Positions 8,709 to 18,317 of a stretch of DNA of 64,000 nt are shown here, one piece after another. Position numbers and translations under genes: made by a program. The notes under the pieces are model-generated. The model was not told where the DNA came from, ran no database searches, and saw only the letters and a list, made by a program, of their open reading frames with translations. This DNA is from a virus: IMG/VR virus record IMGVR_UViG_3300033156_000312, positions 1 through 64,000 of that record; one strand, 5' to 3'. The stretch's first letter is position 1; every line of letters starts with the position of its first letter.

Positions 8709-9490
8709 AAAATCTAATGAAATACCTTGCTCTGATTACTTTAGCAATTGCCTTAATTTGTCAGCAAAATCCGAATAATTCTCAAGATGTGTTTGTTACT
8801 GATGAGAAGACATTACAATCTAAATTTGATACAAAACGGTTTGATTCCTTATTTACTTCGGAAACTCTCAAATTGAGACAAGGCATGGTTGCTGTAAAAG
8901 TTGGTAAAAGAGGTGGTGCAGGAGTAATAGTTGAGATAGATGATAAGTATTTATATGTGCTTACCGCTAAACATATTTTATTACAAAAAGGACAACTTGC
9001 GATAGAAGTTTTAGATAAAAACAGTAAATCAACTATTATCAAAAATATTTCAAAAACAAATACAGTAAAACATAGAAAAGTAGATTTGGGATTAATTAAA
9101 GTGCCAAGACCTGAAGGAGATTTCGGGACAATTAAATTAGCTGAGAGACCTGTTTTAATTGGTGAAAAAATACGTGTGGTCGGACATCCCTGTAATATTT
9201 ATTATGCTATTACAGAGGGTATAGTTTCAAGTTATAAGAAAAGAAAATTTCAAGGAATTAAAGAAGAATACATAGTTGTATCTGCTCCTTCTTTTAGTGG
9301 AGGGTCAGGAGGAGCTTTAATAAATAGCAAAGGACAATTAGCAGGTATTGTGGTCGGGATAATGTATATAGGACGAAATGCGATGGATTATAAAAACACT
9401 GTATATGTGTTTCATATCGTGTATGTAACAAAATTAGAATTTATTAAAGATTTCTTGTATAAAAATGGAATTATAATGAGGATTCAATGA
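8705..9490 (+). CDS. Exported or anchored trypsin-like serine protease, no PDZ
   Basis: Signal-like N-terminus; TAKH, DLGL and GGSGG. Confidence 0.85.
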   Translation: MKNLMKYLALITLAIALICQQNPNNSQDVFVTDEKTLQSKFDTKRFDSLFTSETLKLRQGMVAVKVGKRGGAGVIVEIDDKYLYVLTAKHILLQKGQLAIEVLDKNSKSTIIKNISKTNTVKHRKVDLGLIKVPRPEGDFGTIKLAERPVLIGEKIRVVGHPCNIYYAITEGIVSSYKKRKFQGIKEEYIVVSAPSFSGGSGGALINSKGQLAGIVVGIMYIGRNAMDYKNTVYVFHIVYVTKLEFIKDFLYKNGIIMRIQ

Positions 9491-10134
9491 TGATAAGCAT
9501 AGTCGTGTTCCTAATGGGATTGCTGTTAGCCATTATCATTCATGAAGTAGGGCACACACTCAGTGCTCTGCTTCTGGGCGTAGAAGTGGAAGTGTTTAGT
9601 ATAGGATTTGGAAAAGTGATTTGGAAGAAAAAATGGAGAAATATACAATGGCAAGTAGCTTTAATTCCTTTAGGAGGTTATACAAAATTAGCTGGAGAAG
9701 ATAATAAATCTCCTCACGGATTTTTGTCTCAACCTTATTGGAAGAAAGTCATTATTTTAATATCAGGGGTATTAATGAATTTGTTACTTGCTTGTGTGAT
9801 ATATCTTATTCATTACGAAAATATTTGGACAGGTATGCGAATAGATTGGAACATATTGACTTGGATATTCACACATCAAAGAGATTTAATATATACATTT
9901 GTATATGTAGCACAACCAAATCTTTTACTTTTACAAATTAGTTTAATAAATTTCGGGTTAGCTTTATTTAATATATTGCCTCTGCCTTCTTTGGATGGTG
10001 GCATGTTATGGGCAGTGTTATTAGAAAATAAAGTTGCAGATTTTGAAACCTTTTTGAAAAAATTTAGTTATTATGGATTTTTATTTCTATTATTCTTACA
10101 ATTTATTTTAATCTATTGGGTCTATTGGGGATAA
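9487..10134 (+). CDS. Site-2 intramembrane metalloprotease (M50, RseP-like), no PDZ
   Basis: HEVGH, FSIGFG, IPLGGY, G..MNLL and FNILPLPSLDGG. Confidence 0.9.
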   Translation: MMISIVVFLMGLLLAIIIHEVGHTLSALLLGVEVEVFSIGFGKVIWKKKWRNIQWQVALIPLGGYTKLAGEDNKSPHGFLSQPYWKKVIILISGVLMNLLLACVIYLIHYENIWTGMRIDWNILTWIFTHQRDLIYTFVYVAQPNLLLLQISLINFGLALFNILPLPSLDGGMLWAVLLENKVADFETFLKKFSYYGFLFLLFLQFILIYWVYWG

Positions 10135-10179
10135 AAAATGTTAAAGTGGTTCTTTAGTCCTATAACAGGAGAAAATAAA

Positions 10180-11718
10180 TTGCGTTACTTTTTTACGGCA
10201 GATTACCACTTAGGCCACGCTAACATCATAAAATATTGCAATAGACCTTTCAAAAGCGTGCATCATATGAATAAAGAGATAATCAGGAGACACAATGAAA
10301 GAGTAAAAGAAGATGATATAGTTTTTATGATTGGAGATTTTTGTGTATCAGGAGATACTTATATAGATACTCCTCAAGGACGCAAGCAAATTCGCATTTT
10401 AAAAAAAGGGGATAAAGTATATTCGGTTAATTTAAAAAATAAACAGTTAGAGATTTCTAATATAAATAAAGTTTGGAGAACTAAAAGTAAAATACGTTAT
10501 CATCTGATATTAGAAAATAATATTACGCTTAAAGTTACTTCAGAACATCCTTTCGCTGTTAGTAGAAATAAGGTTTTAAAGTGGGTAAAAGCTAAAAATT
10601 TAAAATCAGGAGACGTTCTATTTAGAAAGAAAGATTCATTACCACGAATATTGAAATTAAAAAAACAGGAAAAAAACTATATGATAGGATATATTTTGGG
10701 ATATAGTTATGGAGATGGATACTTTAATAAGTATTCTGTAGTTATAGATAGTAAAGATAAAGAAGGACTACAAAGAATAGTAAATTATATTCAAAAATTA
10801 TATAACAGAAAATTAAAAATACGACTAACAAAACTTGTATATTATCGTTTAAGAATACCCTATGATATATATAATTCTTTGAAAAATCGGGATTTAACTT
10901 TCAAAAAAATCAATCGAAATATACCAAAATGGTATTATGGTTTTTTAGCAGGATTTTATGATGCAGAAGGTAATTGCCAGTATCAAAATCATAATTGGTA
11001 TATTAGATTAGGGTCTACTGATAAAAAATTATTTAATTTTGTTGTTTTGTTATTAAAATATTTTAATTTATCTATTATTACAAGAAAATGCAAACAATAC
11101 AAACATTATAAAGTTTTTTATGAGATAAAATTATTAACTAAAGAAACTTTTAATTTTTTCTTACAAATTAGACCTGCAATTAAAAGAAAATATCCAGATT
11201 TAAAAATATTATCTAATGGAACTAAAATTAAACAAATAATTAAAGTTAAACATAAATATAACAAATATTTTAAAAATTATAATCTAACTGTTGAACCAAA
11301 CAACAATTATTTTATTAAAGGAATTTTAGTTCATAATTGTTTCAAAGGTGGAAAAGAAGGCGGGAAAATTTCAGCGTTGAAATGGGAAAAAAGATTAAAT
11401 GGCAAAATAATATATATCAAAGGAAATCATGATAAAAGGAATTCTGTCAAAACGATAATAGAACGTCTTGTAATAAAATATGAAAATAAAAGAATTAATT
11501 TAGTGCATAGGCCCGAATTTGCAGATGTAAATTATGAAATTAATTTCACTGGACACGTGCATAAAAACTGGAAAATTGAAAGAATAAGAAAAGGATTTCA
11601 ATTTACGAACTGTATTAACGTAGGTATAGATGTATGGGATTTTTATCCTGTAACTTATGAAGAGATTATGAAAAGATATAGTCATTGGAAAAAGAACTTG
11701 AAATTAAAATATGAATAA
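10180..11718 (+). CDS. Calcineurin-like metallophosphoesterase containing an intein
   Basis: TADYHLGH, GDF, GNHD and GHVH; likely TTG start after GGAGA. Confidence 0.85.
   Translation: MRYFFTADYHLGHANIIKYCNRPFKSVHHMNKEIIRRHNERVKEDDIVFMIGDFCVSGDTYIDTPQGRKQIRILKKGDKVYSVNLKNKQLEISNINKVWRTKSKIRYHLILENNITLKVTSEHPFAVSRNKVLKWVKAKNLKSGDVLFRKKDSLPRILKLKKQEKNYMIGYILGYSYGDGYFNKYSVVIDSKDKEGLQRIVNYIQKLYNRKLKIRLTKLVYYRLRIPYDIYNSLKNRDLTFKKINRNIPKWYYGFLAGFYDAEGNCQYQNHNWYIRLGSTDKKLFNFVVLLLKYFNLSIITRKCKQYKHYKVFYEIKLLTKETFNFFLQIRPAIKRKYPDLKILSNGTKIKQIIKVKHKYNKYFKNYNLTVEPNNNYFIKGILVHNCFKGGKEGGKISALKWEKRLNGKIIYIKGNHDKRNSVKTIIERLVIKYENKRINLVHRPEFADVNYEINFTGHVHKNWKIERIRKGFQFTNCINVGIDVWDFYPVTYEEIMKRYSHWKKNLKLKYE
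10342..11337 (+). mobile_element. Intein with LAGLIDADG homing endonuclease (332 aa)
   Basis: Starts CVSGDT after GDF; block B VTSEHPF; LGYSYGDG and LAGFYDAEG; ends ILVHN with Cys at +1. Confidence 0.92.
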
Positions 11719-12151
11719 AATACGATTTTTTAAAAGAAAAGTAAAAGAATTAGCTTTACTTACAAACATAGAAGAAGATATAGAATTAAGACGTGATAAT
11801 AGATTAGGAGGATATAGTGCTTGTATATGTTTATATTTATATTGCGATACACATGAACCTGTATATTTAATGAGATATAATGAACGAAAGATTAAAGATA
11901 TGACTAAAGCAGAAATTTTGAATATGATATTTCATGAACTTGGGCATATTAAATTTAAACATGAATATGATAACAAGAAGTCTATTGAACAAATGGAATA
12001 TGAAGCAGAAAAATTTGCTATTGAAAATATACGGCGACATTATCCTCAATACTTTCAAAAAGTATACTGTAATTTGAAAAAATACAAAACACATGATAGA
12101 GCAGTATATCGAAAAGCGTTTGGTAAATTAATTGATGAGATTAAGATATGA
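11711..12151 (+). CDS. HExxH zincin metallopeptidase (ImmA/IrrE- or M48-like)
   Basis: FHELGH followed by EYEAEKFA. Confidence 0.65.
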   Translation: MNKIRFFKRKVKELALLTNIEEDIELRRDNRLGGYSACICLYLYCDTHEPVYLMRYNERKIKDMTKAEILNMIFHELGHIKFKHEYDNKKSIEQMEYEAEKFAIENIRRHYPQYFQKVYCNLKKYKTHDRAVYRKAFGKLIDEIKI

Positions 12152-12262
12152 AAAATCTAATAGCAAGATATATTCTGTGAAAATTTTGTCAATTAGAATG
12201 GGATTATTTACGATTTATAGTGATAAGAAAAGATTATAAATCTTATATATATTGGAGATAAC

Positions 12263-13489
12263 ATGAAACAACGAAAAGTTAAAATACCATTTTTGGTGTA
12301 TCTTTTCTTCATTTTAATTTATGCCAATCAAGGATTATCATCTTTGCCTTCACAGGCAATTTATTACCTGACTCGTGAAACCTGGAAACTATCAGCTACT
12401 ATGCTTGGAGGATTAGCGTTTATAACGTCTTTTGCATGGTATATTAAACCTTTATTTGGTATAGCTATTGATTGTTATCCTATTTCTAATTATCGAGCTA
12501 AATATTATCTCTGGATAAATTATCTATTTTTAGTGTTTACAGGGATATATATTATTATATTTGGTTTCAATTTGGTTAGTTTAATTATAATTATGTTTCT
12601 TATGAATATAGCCATTGGATTTAATGATGTGGCCAACGACGCACAAATGGTAAAGCTCGAACAAAAACATAATCTCAAAGGTAAAATACAAGCGATACAA
12701 TGGATTTCATTAGGAGTTGCAGGATTAATTGTTTCTTTAGGTGGTGCGTGGATAGCCAAAACATTTCCAGAGCCACTCAATTATAAAATAGCTTATAGCA
12801 TTTGGCTATTATTGCCTCTTGGAACTTTATTTTATCTCGCAAAAGGATATAAAGAAAAGAAAGTAACAGAACGCAAAAGTTTTACTCAACTCAAAGAAAA
12901 TTTTAAGAAATTGAAAAACAAAGCATTTCTAATAGGAATATTATTCATAGCGTTTTTAAGATTCAGTCCTTCATTCGGAACAGCATTGATGATTAAAATG
13001 CGAGAGACTATGGGGATAGATAAAATGTTTTTGGGGTATATGGGAGCAACTGGCACAGTGTTAGGATTAATAGGATATGCAATATATTATTGGAAAGCAT
13101 ATAAATTCCCAATGAAAAAATTGTTATATTTTACTATTATATTTTCGGCGTTAGCGAATTTATGTTATTTATATATTCCAAATAAATGGTTTATATTTGG
13201 ATATAGCATTGCTTTCGGAGCCTTTGATGGAGTTTGTTTTTTGACAGTATTAGCGTTTATGGCAAAAATCGTTCCCGTAGGGGCAGAGGGATTATTTTAT
13301 GCTTTAATAACATCTATTAATAACTTTGCAGGACGATTAGGAGGAATGATGGGTTGCATGATTTATGATAAAATGGGATATGAAACAAATGTAATTGTAG
13401 CTTCAATTACCACATTAATGTGTATAATATTTGTGCCTTTATTGCATTTTAAAGGAGAACGAAAGGACGTCAAAGAAAAGATATTGTAA
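12263..13489 (+). CDS. MFS transporter, folate-biopterin (BT1)-like
   Basis: About 12 hydrophobic helices; W.IKPLFG..ID..PI..YR, DVANDA.MV and P.GAEG..YA. Confidence 0.8.
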   Translation: MKQRKVKIPFLVYLFFILIYANQGLSSLPSQAIYYLTRETWKLSATMLGGLAFITSFAWYIKPLFGIAIDCYPISNYRAKYYLWINYLFLVFTGIYIIIFGFNLVSLIIIMFLMNIAIGFNDVANDAQMVKLEQKHNLKGKIQAIQWISLGVAGLIVSLGGAWIAKTFPEPLNYKIAYSIWLLLPLGTLFYLAKGYKEKKVTERKSFTQLKENFKKLKNKAFLIGILFIAFLRFSPSFGTALMIKMRETMGIDKMFLGYMGATGTVLGLIGYAIYYWKAYKFPMKKLLYFTIIFSALANLCYLYIPNKWFIFGYSIAFGAFDGVCFLTVLAFMAKIVPVGAEGLFYALITSINNFAGRLGGMMGCMIYDKMGYETNVIVASITTLMCIIFVPLLHFKGERKDVKEKIL

Positions 13490-13546
13490 AGAAAGCGATT
13501 GATAATTATATTGAATGGTTTAGAGAGAAAATTAAGGAACATAAAA

Positions 13547-13828
13547 ATGATAGCTAAGATGTTATTTTCGATTAGTGGCACACTCTGGGCAATAGAAATG
13601 TTGCCACAGATATATAAAACATATAAAATAAAATCTGTGCAAGATATTTCTCTGTTTTTTCCTTCACTTTGTTTTATATCATTTTGTTGTTTTTTAACAG
13701 CAAGTTTTATGACACAAAATTGGATTTTAGTAAAGACACATATTTTCCCATTTGTATGTAACACTGTGTTTCTAATACAAACTTTAATTTATAGGAGAAA
13801 TAATGATGAAACTAATAGACTATATTAA
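13547..13828 (+). CDS. PQ-loop (SemiSWEET-like) membrane protein
   Basis: LPQIYKTYKIKSVQDIS; three hydrophobic segments. Confidence 0.75.
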   Translation: MIAKMLFSISGTLWAIEMLPQIYKTYKIKSVQDISLFFPSLCFISFCCFLTASFMTQNWILVKTHIFPFVCNTVFLIQTLIYRRNNDETNRLY

Positions 13829-13994
13829 AGAATATTATAGCGGACATATTGATAAAAAAGAAATGAAAGAAGTTTTGAAAAAAGCAGGGAAAGATTTGAT
13901 TCAAGAAATTCATAAAGAAACTAATGGTAGTAAAGAGTTAGTTACCAGAATCCTTGCTATTGTGAAAAACTTTTTTGGAGGTATTAAGTCATGA
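13803..13994 (+). CDS. Hypothetical protein
   Basis: ORF with AGGAG RBS. Confidence 0.5.
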   Translation: MMKLIDYIKEYYSGHIDKKEMKEVLKKAGKDLIQEIHKETNGSKELVTRILAIVKNFFGGIKS

Positions 13995-14506
13995 GAAAAG
14001 CAAGAAATAAAAATAGCTTGTTTAGAAAAATACGAAGATACGACAAAAAATATACAATTCGCACAAAGATTCGCAGAATATATAGGAGAATAATGAATAC
14101 TATTACTAAAACTCCTTTTTATATTAGACGTTTCATACAACGAGGCAAAAGAGGATATGCTAATTGCGATACTTGGAATTTTTGTTACTATTTGTCAGAT
14201 GTGATAGGAAAAGGAACAAGACATCTTAAAAGACAACTAAATGGACATCCAGACAGTTTAACAGAAGGTCAATGGGTTGATACTCTAAATAGTATTGCTA
14301 ACACTTTTGATATTGCTCGAAATATAATTAATGGAGATTTATATTTAATAGAAGATGAGGATGACCGAAAAAAATGGGCAAAAAATTTAAAGAAAATTAA
14401 TAAAAAATATAAAGATAATGCAAGATGTATGACAGATACAGAAATTAGGGAATTCAATAGAGGTTGGCGGTTGTTTAAAGAATATTTCTTTAGCTTATGG
14501 GATTAG
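13991..14506 (+). CDS. Conserved phage hypothetical protein
   Basis: QR.KRGY...D.W...YL...G..LFKEYF.SLWD pattern. Confidence 0.6.
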   Translation: MRKARNKNSLFRKIRRYDKKYTIRTKIRRIYRRIMNTITKTPFYIRRFIQRGKRGYANCDTWNFCYYLSDVIGKGTRHLKRQLNGHPDSLTEGQWVDTLNSIANTFDIARNIINGDLYLIEDEDDRKKWAKNLKKINKKYKDNARCMTDTEIREFNRGWRLFKEYFFSLWD

Positions 14507-14704
14507 GAGAAATAGAATGGAATGTAAATACTGCAAAAGAGAATTACCTAATAAAAAACATGAAACAAAAAATGGCTGTATCTGGTGCGATTCTAAATAT
14601 CATTATAAACAGCAAAAAATAGAATTCTTAAAAATATTGTCGGAACTCATTAAGATATATAGAGTTAGATAAATGTTAAACAAAAAAAAGTAAGTTTGTC
14701 TGAC

Positions 14705-14734
14705 TTGTCAGTGCTACTAAAAGTATGATATACT
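14705..14734 (+). promoter_or_regulatory. Sigma70-type early promoter, copy 2
   Basis: TTGTCA, 18 bp spacer, TGaTATACT; gtatgatatacttatagt identical to copy 1. Confidence 0.75.
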
Positions 14735-14761
14735 TATAGTGAGAGGGAAAGAAGATATTAC

Positions 14762-14974
14762 ATGAAGAATCCTAAACTTAGAATTAGAAAAAAGATAAAA
14801 ATATCAGGGATTAAACGTCTCAAAAATTTAATTAAAGAAGATATTCATTATGGATTATTGGATATTGAACCTTATATAGTTGCTGATATTATGAGAAGAT
14901 TAAAAAAAGAAGGTATTATTTATGTCTCGAAAACATCGAAGAAAAATAGAAAGAAAAAGAAGAGAAAAAAATAA
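14762..14974 (+). CDS. Hypothetical basic protein
   Basis: First ORF after promoter copy 2. Confidence 0.55.
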   Translation: MKNPKLRIRKKIKISGIKRLKNLIKEDIHYGLLDIEPYIVADIMRRLKKEGIIYVSKTSKKNRKKKKRKK

Positions 14975-15158
14975 ATCTCGTAGGAGAAAAGGATGGCTTA
15001 GCAAACATTTAGATAGTGCTCCTACGAATAGATGGACAAAGATAACTACCTATTTTTTAATGTTATTTGAATTTGTTTTTGTTATTTGGTGGCTTCAAGA
15101 ATTACTTTTAAATTGGAATGAAATTATAACAAAATTTAAACAGTTGATAGGGAGATAA
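14922..15158 (+). CDS. Small membrane protein with basic N-terminus
   Basis: Arg/Lys-rich N-terminus and one TM segment. Confidence 0.55.
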   Translation: MSRKHRRKIERKRREKNKSRRRKGWLSKHLDSAPTNRWTKITTYFLMLFEFVFVIWWLQELLLNWNEIITKFKQLIGR

Positions 15159-15161
15159 AAA

Positions 15162-15530
15162 ATGAGAGAGATTAAATTTAAGGCTTGGAATAAAAAAGAT
15201 AACTGTTGGTTAGGAGTTGAATTAACACTAAAAGATTTTGAAGAAAATAAGGGCATAACGACCAATGCTGACGATTTTATATTTTCGCAATACACGGGCT
15301 TGAAAGACAAGAACGGTAAAGAGATATACGAAGGGGATATAGTTGAAATGGATGTATGGTGGAAAAGACACAATTATAAAGAATTAGTAAAATTTGAAGA
15401 TGGTAGGTTTTATCCTTTTACAGAGTATTATCATACTTGTGAGGGAATAAAATTAATTTTGTCTGATATACATTGTAAAATAATTGGTAACATTTATGAA
15501 AATCCTGAGCTTATGGAGAAAACAAAATGA
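15162..15530 (+). CDS. YopX-family protein
   Basis: MREIKFKAW...QYTGLKDKNGKEIYEGDIV...IGNIYENPEL. Confidence 0.92.
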   Translation: MREIKFKAWNKKDNCWLGVELTLKDFEENKGITTNADDFIFSQYTGLKDKNGKEIYEGDIVEMDVWWKRHNYKELVKFEDGRFYPFTEYYHTCEGIKLILSDIHCKIIGNIYENPELMEKTK

Positions 15531-15988
15531 TAGAATTTACTTATTTATATAGAATAGGGTTAGCCCTTATATTAAGCTTATTTATAGGTTGGGAAAGAGA
15601 ACAACAGCATAAAGGGGCAGGGCTTAGAACTATCTCTTTAATTACTCTGGGAGCTACTCTAATAGTTATTACTACTTTAAAATGGGACATATATAAGGGA
15701 TTAAATAATTCTTTTGATGCAATCAGAGCAATTGCTTATTATCTCGTAGGAATTGGGTTTGTTGGTGGAGGATTGATAAGACAGAAGAATGGAAAACTTT
15801 TAGGACTTACAACTGCTTCTTTATTGCTTCCCGTATCAGTAATAGGTTTCTTATGTGGAATGGGAGAATATATATTAGCAGTTATTTCAGCAATAATTAT
15901 TTTCTTTATTCTTAAATTGAAATATGTGAAAATTAGATTTGAAAAAGTTAACAGAAGAAGAAAAAGAAGATGCAGAAGAATAAAGTAG
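15527..15988 (+). CDS. MgtC/SapB-family membrane protein
   Basis: IGWERE...K.AGLRT...GIGFVGGG.I...GLTTAS. Confidence 0.88.
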   Translation: MIEFTYLYRIGLALILSLFIGWEREQQHKGAGLRTISLITLGATLIVITTLKWDIYKGLNNSFDAIRAIAYYLVGIGFVGGGLIRQKNGKLLGLTTASLLLPVSVIGFLCGMGEYILAVISAIIIFFILKLKYVKIRFEKVNRRRKRRCRRIK

Positions 15989-16185
15989 AGATATTAAGAA
16001 ATGCTAACACTTCAATCTGTTGGACTTGTGAAGGATTAAGAGCCATTTATAATAAGAAAAAAGATACTATTGATATTTGTCCTACTTGTAATGGCACAGG
16101 TATATTCGTAGAAACGCATTATTATCATATATTTATTGATAAAAAAGGTAATAAATGTGCTATTGATTCTGATACTTTAGCATAA
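15970..16185 (+). CDS. Small Zn-finger protein
   Basis: CWTC.G ... CPTCNGTG. Confidence 0.55.
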   Translation: MQKNKVEILRNANTSICWTCEGLRAIYNKKKDTIDICPTCNGTGIFVETHYYHIFIDKKGNKCAIDSDTLA

Positions 16186-16198
16186 AAGGACAATCATT

Positions 16199-16885
16199 AT
16201 GAATAAACGTAATTTGACATATTATTGTAAAAATTGTAAAACTGTTATCGGTTGGAAATCTGCTTTATATGGTTCTGGATTATGTATTTCTTGTTCTGTT
16301 AAAATTAGATGGAAAGATAAAAAATATAGACAAAAAATGAATCGAATAGGTAAGAAAGCAAACGCTTATAAATCTGGTATATATTGTAAAAATCATAAGA
16401 ATCACTGTATAGATTGTGGAAAGGAAATAACTTCAACTGCAAAAAGATGCAATTCTTGTGCTGTTATAAAACATGGCAAATGTATAAATCAAAATTATTG
16501 TATAGATTGTGATAAAGTAATTAGTTTCGGCACAGCTATATATGGTCAAGGAAGATGTAAAAGTTGTGCTAAAAAAGGAAATTTGAATGGTAATTATATA
16601 GACGGAACATCGTATGAACCTTATAGTTCCGAATTTACACAAAGATTGAAATATGAAATTAGAGAAAGAGATAATTTTGAATGTCAAAATTGTTATATGA
16701 CAGAAGAAGAACATCTTTCAGTTTATGGAAGAGTATTGGAAGTTCATCATATTGATTATAATAAACAAAATTGTAATAAAAATAATTTGGTAACTTTATG
16801 TAAACAATGTAATTTAAGAGTAAATAAGAATAGAGATTATTGGTTTGCTTATTTTACTTATATTTTCAATCAGGAAATCAATTAA
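16199..16885 (+). CDS. Free-standing HNH endonuclease with tandem CxxC fingers
   Basis: Repeated CIDC...C..C; IRERDNFEC..C...LEVHHIDY...NLVTLC..C...NRDYWFAY. Confidence 0.85.
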   Translation: MNKRNLTYYCKNCKTVIGWKSALYGSGLCISCSVKIRWKDKKYRQKMNRIGKKANAYKSGIYCKNHKNHCIDCGKEITSTAKRCNSCAVIKHGKCINQNYCIDCDKVISFGTAIYGQGRCKSCAKKGNLNGNYIDGTSYEPYSSEFTQRLKYEIRERDNFECQNCYMTEEEHLSVYGRVLEVHHIDYNKQNCNKNNLVTLCKQCNLRVNKNRDYWFAYFTYIFNQEIN

Positions 16886-17172
16886 TGAAAAGAAAATCAA
16901 AGAATAAAGGTCGTAAATTTGAAGAAAAAGTAAGAAAGACAATCAATTCAGGACAATTGTGGTTTGATAAAGGAGATTTAAAGAGTAAAGATTACGTAAT
17001 TGAATGTAAGTTTACGGAAAAGACAGGATATAGAATTACGAAGAAATTATTAAAAAAGCTGTGGGAAGAGGCATTGGAAGCGAACAAAATGCCTGCTCTT
17101 GTAATTGGCATACAAGATGAACAAGATAAATGGATTGTAAAAGCTGTTATTGAAAAAAAGAGGAGGCGATAA
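16885..17172 (+). CDS. PD-(D/E)XK Holliday-junction resolvase-like nuclease (Hjc-like)
   Basis: KGRKFEE...KGDL...IECK...P.LVI; ATG overlaps the HNH stop codon. Confidence 0.7.
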   Translation: MKRKSKNKGRKFEEKVRKTINSGQLWFDKGDLKSKDYVIECKFTEKTGYRITKKLLKKLWEEALEANKMPALVIGIQDEQDKWIVKAVIEKKRRR

Positions 17173-17174
17173 CA

Positions 17175-18293
17175 ATGAAATGGAATAGAGATAGACTAAA
17201 TTTAATTAAAGCTTATCTGACCCAGGGCTATACCTACGCCGAGATAGCCAAGAAGTTAAAATTGACCTATGACCAAGTGGGCCACGCTGTCAACCGTTAT
17301 AATCTAAAAGATGATATAGTGAAAGAATTAACGACAGTGAAGAAAGGCACGAAGCTAAAGAAAGATGAGATAGCTCAAGTGGCTCGAATTCTTGGAGAAA
17401 GACTTTATGAGAATTATAAAAAAATTGAGATAGTTGAGCCCAAAGCTACTTCTTGTAAAGGTAAGAGAGAAGAAATGTCTGTTCTTGACCTTTCTGATTT
17501 GCATATTGGTATGATTAACAAAGTTTTTGACAGCGAAAGCGGAAAACAAGCAGTTACATACAATATGAATATATTTAGAAAGGAAATGGGGATATTACAA
17601 AATTCCATTGAACAAATACACGATATTCTCTCTCATTCCTACAATTTGAAAGAACTTACTATTTTCTTACTTGGGGATATAGTAACAAATGATAGAATAT
17701 TCCCAGAGCAAACATTTGAAATAGAGAAAGTAGTAGGCGACCAAGTATTTGACGCTGTAACTTATCTTACAAAGTTTATAACCAATTTGCTAAACTTATA
17801 TGAAAAGATTACAGTAGTCGGAGTTGTAGGAAATCATGGCAGGTCAAATCCTACTCATTATTCAGAGCCAGTAGAGAATAATTTTGAATATTTTCTCTAC
17901 AAAATGCTTCAAAAACAGTTTGCAGACAGTAAAAGAGTGAATGTTATTGTTCCACAAACTCGTAGATATATTCACAAAATTTATAAATGGAGACATCTTA
18001 TAGAGCACGGCGATTCAATGCGAGGAAGTAGTGATTCTTATATTGAGAAACAAATCAAAGATTTATCTCTCAATATTGGAGGATTTGATGTTATGCACTT
18101 TGGTCATTACCATAAATTAAAAGAAAGAGAGATGGCTGATAAGGTATTGATAAAACAGAATGGATGTTGGATTGAGAAAGATAATTATGCTTTCAAGAAA
18201 TTCAAAACTTATTCTGTTCCCAAACAGCATTTCTTTGGTTGTTCTCCAAAGCGAGTTGAAACCTGGGGATATAAAATTGACCTAAGGGGTTGA
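17175..18293 (+). CDS. HTH plus calcineurin-like metallophosphoesterase/nuclease
   Basis: N-terminal TYAEIAKKL HTH; SDLHIG, LGD, GNHG, HGD and GHYH. Confidence 0.8.
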   Translation: MKWNRDRLNLIKAYLTQGYTYAEIAKKLKLTYDQVGHAVNRYNLKDDIVKELTTVKKGTKLKKDEIAQVARILGERLYENYKKIEIVEPKATSCKGKREEMSVLDLSDLHIGMINKVFDSESGKQAVTYNMNIFRKEMGILQNSIEQIHDILSHSYNLKELTIFLLGDIVTNDRIFPEQTFEIEKVVGDQVFDAVTYLTKFITNLLNLYEKITVVGVVGNHGRSNPTHYSEPVENNFEYFLYKMLQKQFADSKRVNVIVPQTRRYIHKIYKWRHLIEHGDSMRGSSDSYIEKQIKDLSLNIGGFDVMHFGHYHKLKEREMADKVLIKQNGCWIEKDNYAFKKFKTYSVPKQHFFGCSPKRVETWGYKIDLRG

Positions 18294-18317
18294 GAACAAA
18301 GGACTTATGACAAATAA

